Shown here piece after piece: positions 1 to 10,294 of a stretch of DNA of 31,503 nucleotides. Every line of letters begins with the position of its first letter. The first letter of the stretch is position 1. The stretch covers positions 1 through 31,503 of the forward strand of contig CAXXSM010000113.1 in the NCBI GenBank assembly GCA_963663405.2, in the 5' to 3' direction. Below the pieces are notes generated by a model, which saw only the letters and a program-made list of their open reading frames with translations, was not told the origin of the DNA and made no database searches. The translations under genes and the position numbers were made by a program. The stretch comes from a bacterium (GTDB taxonomy: Bacteria > Hinthialibacterota > Hinthialibacteria > Hinthialibacterales > Hinthialibacteraceae).

Positions 1-105
1 AAAGATATTGTTTTCTCACAACGAGGCTTTTTACCCGATCCACATGTCGCGGAATGGCTCGTAAAAACCGCGCATGAAGTGTTGAAAGGCCGTTTCTCAC
101 TTTAG
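1..105 (+). CDS. 3' end of an unidentified CDS (partial)
   Basis: Frame 1 is open from base 1 (KDIVFSQRGFLPDPHVAEWLVKTAHEVLKGRFSL) to TAG at 103-105, and a terminator-like hairpin follows. Too short to assign. Confidence 0.5.
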   Translation, partial: KDIVFSQRGFLPDPHVAEWLVKTAHEVLKGRFSL

Positions 106-195
106 CAACTGTTTTTTAACTTGGCCATTTGGAGAATCTCTCCTCTCCTTTTTATAAGTCTGTCCGATATATCAATTCAGTTCATCCGTCTTTTC

Positions 196-229
196 TCCGC
201 CTCCCTAGGAGAATAGGCGGATTTTTTTT
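196..229 (+). terminator. Rho-independent terminator
   Basis: TCCGCCT (196-202) pairs with AGGCGGA (215-221), followed by a T8 run. Confidence 0.65.
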
Positions 230-289
230 CGCCCGCAGATATTCCCGGGTATCTATGCTATGCTGATCCTGTTGTCATATTAATGGAAA

Positions 290-1403
290 ATGCTGATGAA
301 GATTCCTTTTTTATCGCTCCACAACCAGTATGAGCACCTGCGCCCTGAAATCCAGGCAGCGGTGAACCGTGTTCTGGAGAGTGGCCGGTATCTATTAGGA
401 AATGAGTTGGAAGCCTTCGAGAAGGAATTCGCCGCGTTTTGTGGCGCCCGGTTCTGTGTGGGTGTTGGATCGGGTTTGGATGCGCTGATCCTTGGATTGA
501 AAGCGTTAGATATTGGACCGGGGGATGAGGTGATCACCACGCCGAATTCCTTTATCGCTACTACGTTGGCGATTGTTCATGCTGGAGCGAAACCGGTCTT
601 TGTGGATATTGAGCCGGACACTTTATTAATGGATGTCTCTTTGATCGAAGAGAAAATCACACCATCAACCCGCGCGATTCTGCCCGTTCATCTGTTTGGC
701 CAAATGGTTGACATGACACGTGTAAGAGAAATCGCCCGCGCTCACAATCTCATGATTTTGGAAGACGCCGCCCCAGTCGCACGGCGCCCGCTTCAAAGAT
801 TTGGCGCCCGGCGCTGGATCGAACGCCGCCGCATTCAGCTTCTATCCTGGGAAGAATCTCGGCGCCTACGGAGATGGCGGGGCTGTCGTGACGAATGATA
901 CTGAAATCGAACAGCGAATCCGTTCGCTGCGGTTTTATGGGATCGAAAAAGAAGGACGCTTCTCCCGGTTGGGCTATAACAGCCGCTTGGATGAGATCCA
1001 ATGCGCCGTCCTTCGCGTGAAACTAAATCATCTCTCCAAATGGACCCAGCAACGGATTCGCATGGCGGAAGAATATCATAAACGGTTGAGCGGCCTGCCA
1101 CTCACATTGCCGATTTTACCTCCCGGTATGAGACACGTCTATCACCTTTTCGTGATCCGGACACCTGAGAGAGACGCCTTAAAAGCGTTTTTAAGCGATC
1201 GAGGCGTGGAGACGAAAATCCACTACCCGGTTCCGATTCACTTGCAGGACTCAATGCGGTTTTTAGGCTGTCAGCGAGGTGATTTTCCTATGTGCGAACA
1301 AGCCGCCAGGGAGATGTTGAGTCTGCCAATATACCCGGAACTGAGCATTGATCAATTCGATCAGATCTGCAATTCGATTCATGATTTCTTCCATTCAAAA
1401 TGA
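290..1403 (+). CDS. DegT/DnrJ/EryC1/StrS family PLP-dependent sugar aminotransferase (one apparent +1 frameshift near 770-775)
   Basis: Motifs GSGLDAL, GPGDEVIT, PVHLFGQ, EDAA(QSHG), FSFYPGKNLGAYGDGG, GYNSRLDEIQ, SLPIYP. Removing one C from the GCCCCAG run joins ORFs 290..898 and 801..1403 into the canonical EDAAQSHGA. Confidence 0.92.
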
Positions 1404-1474
1404 ATTGGAATTCCTTCCCCATCCGTGAAGATTTGATATAGTAACAAAGGTATCATTGTAGAAGGAGGACAAGT

Positions 1475-2772
1475 ATGAAAGTCCTGATAATAGGCAGTGG
1501 AGGGCGCGAGCACGCCTTAGCCTGGAAACTGAAAACAATCCCCACTCTGTACGCGGTTGTGGTGCGCGCCGGGAAACGCGGGGATCGCTGAATGCGCGGA
1601 AATCGTCAATATCGGAGCCCAGTTCGATCTCTGAATTGACCTCGTTCGCGAAACAGGAGACCATTGACCTTGTGGTCATCGGTCCGGGAATCGCCGCTGG
1701 CGGAGGGCTTATCGGACGTGCTGCGCGCGGAAGGGATTGATGTCTTCGGCCCCATCCCAGGCGGCCGCGCGAGTGGAGAGTTCGAAAATTTTCGCCCGGC
1801 GGCTCATGGATAAATACCGGATTCCCACACCTAAATTCGCCTCGTTCGATGCGCCGGAACCAGCGAAAGCGTATGTTCGTAAATTGGCCGGGGAAGATAT
1901 CCATTCAGTAATTAAAGCGGATGGATTGGCGGGCGGGGTAAAGGCGCAATTGTCACATTCACCCCCGAAGAAGCGGATGAGGCGATCGATCTTTGTATGG
2001 TAGAAAAAAAGTTCGGCGCGGCGGGAACACAAATCGTTGTAGAAGAACGCTTAAGCGGCCCGGAACTTTCGATTCTCGCCATTACGGATGGAAAGCGAAT
2101 CGTGATTCTGCCGCCCTCGCAGGATCATAAACCCATCGGCGAAGGCGACACCGGCTTGAACACAGGCGGCATGGGCGCGTATAGCCCTGTTCCGATAGTA
2201 GATCATGATTTGCTCGATACGATCCGGCGTGTGGTCATAGAACCCGCCATTCGAGGAATGGAGACGGAAGGATGTCCCTATTCCGGTGTGCTCTACGCCG
2301 GCTTGATGCTTGCGGATGAAATCCCCTACGTGATCGAATTCAAACTGCCGGTTCGGGGATCCGGAAACTCAGGCGGTTCTGCCTTCTTTCGATGAAGACT
2401 TGCTGCCGATTCTACGCGATGCGGCCCGTGGAGAAATCGAGGAAGACCGGACGATCGAAGCGTCGAAAAACGCATTGTGCGTAGTGATGGCGTCCGGTGG
2501 TTATCCGGAAGCGTACGAAAAAGGGAAGCCGATCCTTGGTCTGGACACCGTTGCTGGCGAGATGAAAAATGACGCGGTTGTTTTTCATGCGGGAACATCA
2601 AAAAAAGAAAATGATATTATAACAGCGGGTGGACGAGTGTTAGGCGTAACCGGCCTAGGCTGCAATTTTGACAAAGCGTTTAAAAACGCGTACCGCGCGG
2701 TTGAAAAAATATCGTTTGAAGGCGCGTATTTCCGTAAAGGACATTGGTTACCGTGTCCGAAACGGGCAGTAG
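1475..2772 (+). CDS. purD: phosphoribosylamine--glycine ligase (several apparent frameshifts)
   Basis: AGGAGG RBS, then ATG 1475 [19 protein letters not shown]. Successive frames contain [74 protein letters not shown], and the gene ends [16 protein letters not shown] (2770-2772). Confidence 0.95.
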
Positions 2773-2913
2773 AAAAGCGGCGCCAACCTAGACAGTATAG
2801 ACGCAGAAAGGCTTAATGAACGAGTTAAAAGTCCAGTGAGAGACGAGATTGAAATCCCGTTCGCCACTGGACGGTATCGGATTAATCCGAGATAAACGAT
2901 TGGAGGAAAAAGG

Positions 2914-3641
2914 ATAAAGAACAAAGGTCTAATAAGTTGGATCGCGATCGCTGCGATCGCAGTCATCGCGCTTCCCGCCTGCGCGCAGGATCGTCAATTC
3001 CCCACGAACAAACCGATGGGTGATCTCAACACCCTCACGGATGCGGAAAAAGCGGATGGGTGGAAACTCCTGTTCAATGGTAAAAACCCTCGAAGGCTGG
3101 GAGTTTGACACAGAGCAGTTCAAAGGCGATTGGTATGTGGACGAAGGCATTCTCGTCAGTGATGAAGCGCCCCGGTCCAGCCATCTCTTCACGAAAAAGA
3201 AATATAAGAATTTCGAACTAAGTTGGGATGTATGCGCCTATGATGTCGCCGTGCCCAAACAGCGGTTCGGCAACTCCGGTGTGTTTGTCCGCTGCATAAA
3301 AACCGGCGGCTCGTTCCCCAGCGGATACGAAGTTCAAGTCGATCCATATGACATTAAAAATCCAACCGGCGGGATTTATGGCAAAGCGCCGGGAACGTTG
3401 CTCGTTGAAGATGGCAAATGGAAACCGGAAGCGTTTCTCCAAGTCCATGAAGGAAAATGGATCAATCAGCGTGTCCGGATTGTTGATGATCACATTATGA
3501 TCTGGGATCAACGGTGAAAAAACCCTGGATTGGAAAGATCCGAAGAATGAATTTCCCGAAGCCGGGTATATCTCTTTACAGTGTCACCATTCGACGGATA
3601 TCGTACTCTTCACGAATATTAAGATTAAAGAACTGGATTAA
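2914..3641 (+). CDS. secreted DUF1080 / 3-keto-disaccharide hydrolase family protein (frameshifted)
   Basis: Signal-peptide-like KNKGLISWIAIAAIAVIALPACAQ after GGAGG. Then NTLTDAEKADGWKLLFNGK-TLEGW, KKYKNFEL, GNSGVF, GYEVQV, TGGIYG, GYISLQCH, and C-terminal FTNIKIKELD-TAA. The start codon reads ATA at 2914 and is uncertain. Confidence 0.85.
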
Positions 3642-3668
3642 TCTTTACTCGATATTCATTGTAGAACG

Positions 3669-3697
3669 GGGACGGCGCTCAATCGCCGTCCCTTTTT
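3669..3697 (+). terminator. Rho-independent terminator
   Basis: GGGACGGCG / CGCCGTCCC 9-bp stem followed by TTTTT, just after the DUF1080 stop. Confidence 0.8.
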
Positions 3698-3768
3698 CGT
3701 TTTATGTTGTTGTTCAATCCACACTATTCATCAAGATGTCTTATCCATTAAAAAAATTAAAAAAGTTC

Positions 3769-3812
3769 TTGACCACGCGGGGCTTATTGACTACAATAGG
3801 GGTCAATAAGCC
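3769..3812 (+). promoter_or_regulatory. sigma70 promoter overlapped by a BlaI-type operator
   Basis: TTGACC (3769-3774), 17 bp, TACAAT (3792-3797). A perfect 11-bp inverted repeat GGCTTATTGAC / GTCAATAAGCC (3781-3812) straddles the -10 and includes GACTACA, which resembles BlaI/MecI/CopY half-sites. Confidence 0.8.
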
Positions 3813-3834
3813 AAACTTGGATTGGAGAAGCTTT

Positions 3835-4243
3835 ATGAAACGAAAAAAAGCGACGGAGTTAACACCTGCCGGAATGGAAGGTAATGAAGATCATCTGGGA
3901 ACTGGGATCCGGGGCGGCGCGTGACATATACCGGATCGCGGGAGAAAAACACGGCTGGGCGCCGACGACCGTGAAGAAATTCCTCAGCCGCATGGTCGAG
4001 AAAGAATTTCTAACCGCAACGCTGATCGGGAACAGCTACCTATACAAACCGGCCCGTTCCCCAATGAATTCGCTGCGCCGCGCCGCGGATTCTCTTCTGG
4101 AAAATTCTATCCAAGGCACGATGGGATCGCTGCTGGCCTACATGGTCAAGAACAGCGACTTGTCGTTGGAAGAAGTGGAAACACTACTTTCAACTCTCCA
4201 AGAATATCCCAAAAAGGAGGCTCAGTTCGATGATTCCGATTGA
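3835..4243 (+). CDS. BlaI/MecI/CopY family transcriptional repressor (one frameshift near 3870)
   Basis: GGAG RBS, ATG 3835. Removing one G gives MKRKKATELTPAEWKVMKIIWELG, followed by HGWAPTTVKKFLSRMVEKEFL and GNSYLYKP, typical of the penicillinase-repressor wHTH. Confidence 0.92.
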
Positions 4244-7186
4244 GACATTGAATCTTTGGGCGGATTCATGGGCGAGTTTCATATGGAGCCGGGACGATCG
4301 ATTCCACGATTGTATTAGTTATCGTTGGATTTCTATGGTTAATTTTGCGCAAACGCGTGTCGGCGCAATTTGGATATCTGCTCTTTTCCTTAGTTTTGTT
4401 TGAAGTTGGTCATTCCCGATCCAGTTTCCCATTCCCGCGGTGATTGGTAATTTATTTTGGCATGATTCGGTTCAACATGACGAGTTCCCTTGGGGATTCG
4501 AAGAAGGGGGAGACCGAGGGGAGAAAAACGCTTCCCCAGTTGTATCAACGGTTAAAGATATTTCCCCCGGCGCTCAGAACACAAACTTAAAATCCTCCAC
4601 TCACCCCAACATCATCCATTCAGGCAAAATTAACATCACGGGCGATACTCATGCTCAGTTGGTTGGGGATTGCGCTTATCCTGCTCATGGGGCTTATTTA
4701 CACGAAAGGGCGCTCGTGGTGCAAGGTGAAAAGCGCGTCTCCATTGGATTTAAATAGAATTCCGGTCAATTTCGAACACCTGAAAGAAACCGCCGGAGTG
4801 AAACGTCGGATTCGTGTGATGACCGGTCCATGGATCACGGTACCAGTAGTATGGGGAATCATCCACCCGATTTTACTGGTTCCTAAAAATTTATCTTCAA
4901 AATTCACGAAAACACAAATTCGCTGGAATCTGCTTCATGAATTAGCGCACATACACCCGTTGGGACACGCTGGCGATGCTGCTCCAAAAAATTCTGCAAA
5001 GTCTATTCTTCTTCCACCCCGCGGTCTGGCTGGCGAACGGGATCATGGACCATCAGCGTGAACACGCCTGCGACGACGCCGCCTTGAGTGGAAGCAAGGC
5101 TCCAAGAAGGGATTGTGGCGAAGGTTTTTTGAAGGTGGTTTCTTGAATCAAACGGGCTGCCGTCTTTTATCCTGCTATCGGCGGGGATGATTAACTATAC
5201 GACAACGACAAGGAGAAGACTAATGAGAATACTTGACGATGATAGAAAATTGCATCCAGACCTTTCAGTATTGGGTGGATTATTCGCCCATGGGCCATAG
5301 CGTTCGTTGTGCTCCCTTATGGAAGCAGCGTAGCCACAGCCCAGGAGGACTTTGTGACGGAGCCTTTGCAGCAATATGGGTATGGCAATTTAAACACGGT
5401 GTCATTTTCCCCCCGATGGCCAACACATCATAACCGCCGGCAAGGATGGCCCGCTTCTATGGAATATCTCCACAGGCGAAGTGGTCCACGCCTTCACTGG
5501 ACATGGAAATGGGGTTCTTGCCATGGCGTTTTCGCCTGACGGGAAAAAAGTCTTAACCGGCTTTAATTTTGATGAGACGGCCAAGTTATGGGATATTGCA
5601 ACAGGCGAGATACTCCAAACTTTTGCTACCCAATCATCATCAATTATTTCCGTGGCGTTTTCCTCCGATGGTTCCCAAATTTTAACTGGAGGTGCGGGAT
5701 CAGATAACTCGGCAAAATTGTGGGACGTCGTCACAGGAGATGTAATCCGCACATTCCCTATACAGACAGCGATAACGTCAACTTGGCTTGGTTGGGTTTG
5801 GTCCGTGGCGTTATCACCCGACGGGAATCAAGTTTTGACCGGAAGTAATGATGGAACCGCGATTTTATGGGATGTGAAAACCGGTACGCAAATACGAACT
5901 TTCACAGGCCATTCGGATCCTGTATATTCAGCGGTGTTTTCTCCCGATGGAACACAAGTCGTAACTGGGAGCGCCGACAACACTGCAAGATTATGGGGAT
6001 ACCGCCACTGGATGATGAACTCAGTGTTTTTAATCATACAGGGAATGTCAATTCCGTGGCGTTTTCGCCTAATGGAACTCGAATTTTAACCCGGTTGCGA
6101 TGACACAACCGCCATACTGTGGGATGTCGTCTCTGGAACTGAACACCGAACCTTCGCCGGTCACTCCCAACCGATCCGTTCGGTGGCGTTTTTCTCCCGA
6201 CGGATCCAAAGTGTTTGACTGGAGGCTCAGATGGTACCACGAAGTTATGGGATTCCAACACGGGCGCGGAACTCAGCGTCTATTGCTGGACCAAGTGGCC
6301 ATGCCTGGACCGCGGCATTTTCAACCCGACGGAACCAAGGTTGTAACAGGCGGAGAAACCAGTGTGAAAATGTGGGATACCGCCTCTGGAGCAATACTGC
6401 GCACATTTTCCGGTCATTCATATTCTTTATTGCCCGTAACGTTTTCGCCCAATGGATCCAAAGTCTTAAGCGGAGATCACGAGGGAACTAAAAAGTTGTG
6501 GGACGCCCGTCACCGGCGCTGAACTCGGCGAGTATTACGAGAAAAGAGGTTACGGTTTGAATGAAACATTTTCACCCTGACGGAACCCAATTCCTTACCG
6601 CGAATTTTGATTGGGACGTGATGTTGTGGGATATCGCTACCGGAGAAATCGTCCCATAACTTAATGAAGGACACACGGGCTGGATCAGTAGCACAGCGTT
6701 CTCGGCCGGATGGGACAAAAGTTATAGCTGGCAGTGATGACAGGACTGTAATTTTATGGGATGCCGTCAGCGAAGATGAACTCCAAGTTTTTACTGGAAA
6801 ATAACGCGGTATTTTCGCCCGACGGGACAAAAGTTTTAACCGGAAGTATTGATGGAACCATCAGGTTTTATGAAGTTTCCACTGGAGAGGAACTCCGCCG
6901 CTTTTCGGTTAACGATCATGTCTGGTCAGTAGCGTTTTCACCCGACGGCAGGCAATTCCTGTCGGGAACAGAACACGGAGCCATGATGTTGTGGGACATC
7001 GAAACGGGTGAATTACTTCGTACTTTTGAAGGATACATGGCAAAAAGATTGTTCACTGTAGCGTTTTCGCCTGATGGAAAGAGAGTATTAAGCGCTGGTG
7101 AAGACGGAGTCGCGAGGTTGTGGGATATCAGTGACTTAGCCCCAGCCCTCACAACTCGCGCTACCGAGTGGGTGTTTCATCGCTGA
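4230..7186 (+). CDS. BlaR1-like M56 metallopeptidase fused to 14 WD40 repeats (many apparent frameshifts)
   Basis: AGGAGG, then ATG 4230 overlapping the BlaI end. TM segments, PVVWGIIHPILLVP, LLHELAHI (HExxH), REHACDDAAL, RRRLMRIL and a further hydrophobic helix. Then 14 (F/L)S(P/S)(D/N)G...WD repeats from ~5400 to ~7130, ending APALTTRATEWVFHR. The fusion is inferred across frameshifts. Confidence 0.8.
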
Positions 7187-7333
7187 ACTGTGGAACTTAA
7201 TTTGTAATACGCTTATCAGTATGCATTCCATCCGGCGTCGCCTTCTCAGAGGATCCTGCCTCTGCCTCGCCACTAGCGGTTCATCAAACATAGCAAATAT
7301 TTTCAAATCTAGTTTTCGTTAGGAGGCAAGAAA

Positions 7334-8326
7334 ATGCGTACATTTTTAGCAATTGTGTTCGTCTTCTTTTTTGTAAGCGGCGCTTTATCTCAGTCAGTTG
7401 CTGAGCGCATATTGCCCGAACAAGGGTATTCACCGGGACAATATGTAATGATATCAATTATGGTGACCGGTGAAACCGAAGATTTGACCATTGTGGAGAC
7501 ACCACCCACCGGATGGGCTATAGGCGGTGTAACTTCATCCTCATATGCGACAACAAGCGAAGGTGTGATTACATGGCGGATGGCTTCGTTTACCTCACCC
7601 TTGAGATTGAGATATGCTGTTACTCCTCCGTATTCAGCAGTAGGAGACGCTGTGTTTACGGGTACGATCAATGACGCCAATATCGGGGGAGATACAACTT
7701 GGGCCCCACACACCCAACGCGCCCTTGAACCCATAGGAATCTTTCAGGACCATATTGATATCGGCCCTGTAACTCCAGGCAGCGCTGCTTATGAAGATGG
7801 TGAGTACGTAATCATTGGTTCTGCGGAAGATGGTAAAGCATGGGGTCATTACGCTTATTCTGTAGTCGAAGGTTCCGTTAGTCTTAAAGCCAAGATGTCT
7901 GCCGAAACCACATTGGAAATTTGGGGAGCCGTCATAGCGTTCCTTCAAAATACATCCAATGACGCTGTTTATTATAGCGCTCAAGTTACAACTGATGGGC
8001 AAGTCGTGGTATATTGTAAATATCCATCCCGCTCAAGCGGACCTGATGTAAATACATGGAGTACTCGGCTATCCCCTGAAAACCAAGACGGTGAGATAAA
8101 GTTAGTACGCCAAGGTGACACCGTCAGCACATACTACTTCAACACTAAAACTCAGGCCTGGACTCTTTATGATACCCGGATTTATCATTTCACCGACCCG
8201 TTTTATGCGTGTATAGGCGCATGGTCGTATGGTGTCGAGGAATACACAACAGCGACCTTCACCGATGTGGAGCTGACACAGCTGCCTGATCCTTCATCCA
8301 CAGAAGACTGGGAATTATTCCATTGA
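7334..8326 (+). CDS. secreted hypothetical protein (probable Ig-like domain plus beta-sandwich/lectin-like domain)
   Basis: AGGAGG RBS. Signal peptide MRTFLAIVFVFFFVSGALSQ, a beta-rich sequence with IKLVRQGDTVSTYY (ConA/LamG-like), ending PDPSSTEDWELFH. Confidence 0.8.
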   Translation: MRTFLAIVFVFFFVSGALSQSVAERILPEQGYSPGQYVMISIMVTGETEDLTIVETPPTGWAIGGVTSSSYATTSEGVITWRMASFTSPLRLRYAVTPPYSAVGDAVFTGTINDANIGGDTTWAPHTQRALEPIGIFQDHIDIGPVTPGSAAYEDGEYVIIGSAEDGKAWGHYAYSVVEGSVSLKAKMSAETTLEIWGAVIAFLQNTSNDAVYYSAQVTTDGQVVVYCKYPSRSSGPDVNTWSTRLSPENQDGEIKLVRQGDTVSTYYFNTKTQAWTLYDTRIYHFTDPFYACIGAWSYGVEEYTTATFTDVELTQLPDPSSTEDWELFH

Positions 8327-8459
8327 GAGAATTGCGAATAGAAGACGGAATTGCAAAATGGATCACGTTATTCAACTCAATATCCATTGAATTTTAATAA
8401 GATCACTGAGTTTCGTTTTGTAGTAACTTTTTGCATCCAAGTCATGAAGAGAATCAAAC

Positions 8460-10244
8460 TCACGAGCGGATGCTGAGGCTTTCTTCGAGGAGTTGACGGC
8501 GGTGGATGCGGGCGTAGAGGCCCCCGGCCTCGATTAGGTCATCGTGGGCGCCTTCTTCAATTAAACGTCCCCGGTCCAGCACGATGATGCGGTCGGCGTT
8601 TTTGACGGTGGAAATCCGGTGGCTGATGATAATGGATGTGCTGCTGACCATTGCGTCTTTTAATCCATTAAGGATCGCGTCTTCGGTGCTGGTGTCTACG
8701 CTGGACAGGCAGTCGTCCAGGATGAGAATTGGACGCTGAAGAATCAATGCGCGGGCGATTCCCGTTCGTTGTTTTTGACCGCCGGAAAGGGTGATCCCGC
8801 GTTCCCCGATTTCTGTTTCGAATCCATTGGGGAATCCTTCCACCTCGCGGATCAGTTGCGCGCGTTCAGCCGCTTCATTGATTTCAGAAACATCAATACG
8901 TTCTGGATCAGTCGTTCCTAACAGGATGTTGTTCCGGATGGTATCGGAGAAGAGAAACACTTCTTGTGAAACGTACGCGATCGATTCACGCAACGCCGGC
9001 AGTGGGATATCATTAATATCCTTCTCATCGAAGAAGATGGTTCCCGGTGGCACGGTATAGAGATGAAGAAGCAGATTGACGATTGTGGTTTTTCCGCATC
9101 CAGTCGGCCCAACGATCGCGAGCGTTTCACCCGGTTCAACCCGGAACGATATATTCTTCAAAACCGGCTCCGTTTGTGAATCATACGCGAACGTCAAATC
9201 CCGCAGTTCGATCGCGCCTTTCAAGGAGGGATAGCCTTGCGGAACAGGTGTCATTTCAATTTCCGGCCGCGTCTCCATGATACTGTGGATCCGCTTCCAC
9301 GACGCGAATCCGCGGTGGATAACATTGATGATCCAGCCCATCGCGATAATCGGCCACATCAGCATTTGGTAATAAATGATGAACTGCACCAGTTCTCCAA
9401 GGTCCAGCGTTCCACCGATGACTTTCATCCCGCCCCGCCAGAGGATAAGAACGATTCCCAATCCACCGATAAAGTTCAGAATGGCGAATAAAGCGCCCCG
9501 CATTTTAATCTGGGCGATATTGCGGCGCATGTATTCATCGTTGATGTCCCGGAACCGCTCGATCTCAGCTTCTTCCTGACAGTAGGCTTTAATCACGCGA
9601 ATGCCCGAAAAGTTCTCCTGGACTTTCGCCGTCAAATCCGAATATGTTTCCTGCGCCCGCTGGTATAGCCGATGGAGAATGCGGGTGTTGTAATTGACAT
9701 ATCCCATCAGTAATCCAATGGGAATGAGAAGTGTGAGAGTCAAGCCCGCGTTGAGTATGAACATGGAATAAAGCGCAAGGGACATCATAAAAAGGGTTGT
9801 GCCTGGATACATGATCCCCGGCCCAATCAACAATCGCGCTTGTTCGATGTCGCTGGAGAAACGGGTGACGAGATCACCGGTTTTCATCGAATGATAGAAC
9901 CGGGGCGTCAGACTCTGGATATGGCGGTAAAAATCATTCCGCAGATTCATCTCAATCGAGCGCGAGGCGCCGATAATCAACCATCGCGTGAGGAAGATCA
10001 AGACAGCTTTGATCCCGGCCAGAACCAGAATCCACAAGCAGTAACGATGTATCATCTCCCATGTGATCTCCGCTTCCAAACCGTTGATGATCAACTTTAC
10101 GTAAACGGGAATCTGGACAGAGAGATAACTCGCGAGCAGCAAAGCGAGTAGCCCCATCGCGTCTCGAAACGCGGCGGGCTTCAAGTAGTGCAGCAGGAGC
10201 GAAAGTAATGAACGGGATTCACTTCTCGTTTCATTGGGCATCAT
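8460..10244 (-). CDS. ABC exporter, fused permease/ATP-binding (MsbA/MdlA-like)
   Basis: N-terminal TM domain, Walker A GPTGCGKT, signature LSGGQKQR, Walker B ILILDDCLSSVD, H-loop SHR. Start placed at ATG 10244. Confidence 0.95.
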   Translation of the reverse strand: MMPNETRSESRSLLSLLLHYLKPAAFRDAMGLLALLLASYLSVQIPVYVKLIINGLEAEITWEMIHRYCLWILVLAGIKAVLIFLTRWLIIGASRSIEMNLRNDFYRHIQSLTPRFYHSMKTGDLVTRFSSDIEQARLLIGPGIMYPGTTLFMMSLALYSMFILNAGLTLTLLIPIGLLMGYVNYNTRILHRLYQRAQETYSDLTAKVQENFSGIRVIKAYCQEEAEIERFRDINDEYMRRNIAQIKMRGALFAILNFIGGLGIVLILWRGGMKVIGGTLDLGELVQFIIYYQMLMWPIIAMGWIINVIHRGFASWKRIHSIMETRPEIEMTPVPQGYPSLKGAIELRDLTFAYDSQTEPVLKNISFRVEPGETLAIVGPTGCGKTTIVNLLLHLYTVPPGTIFFDEKDINDIPLPALRESIAYVSQEVFLFSDTIRNNILLGTTDPERIDVSEINEAAERAQLIREVEGFPNGFETEIGERGITLSGGQKQRTGIARALILQRPILILDDCLSSVDTSTEDAILNGLKDAMVSSTSIIISHRISTVKNADRIIVLDRGRLIEEGAHDDLIEAGGLYARIHRRQLLEESLSIRS

Positions 10245-10294
10245 GGTAAAAAAGTGTACCGAAACGCGGTTGGAACACAAGTGACTACATTTTC

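Noticed and set aside
3514-3924. 136-aa ORF from the track
   Set aside because: It spans a terminator and promoter. Only its last part is the real BlaI N-terminus before a frameshift.
290-6800. Programmed frameshifting or true pseudogenes
   Set aside because: Indels are numerous, hit unrelated genes including purD, often fall in homopolymers and leave motifs intact. Sequencing error is the simpler explanation.
5400-7130. ~125-bp periodic repeats as a CRISPR or tandem DNA array
   Set aside because: The periodicity is the WD40 protein repeat. Nucleotide copies are degenerate at synonymous positions.
3835-7186. Beta-lactam resistance locus
   Set aside because: No beta-lactamase or penicillin-binding domain is present.
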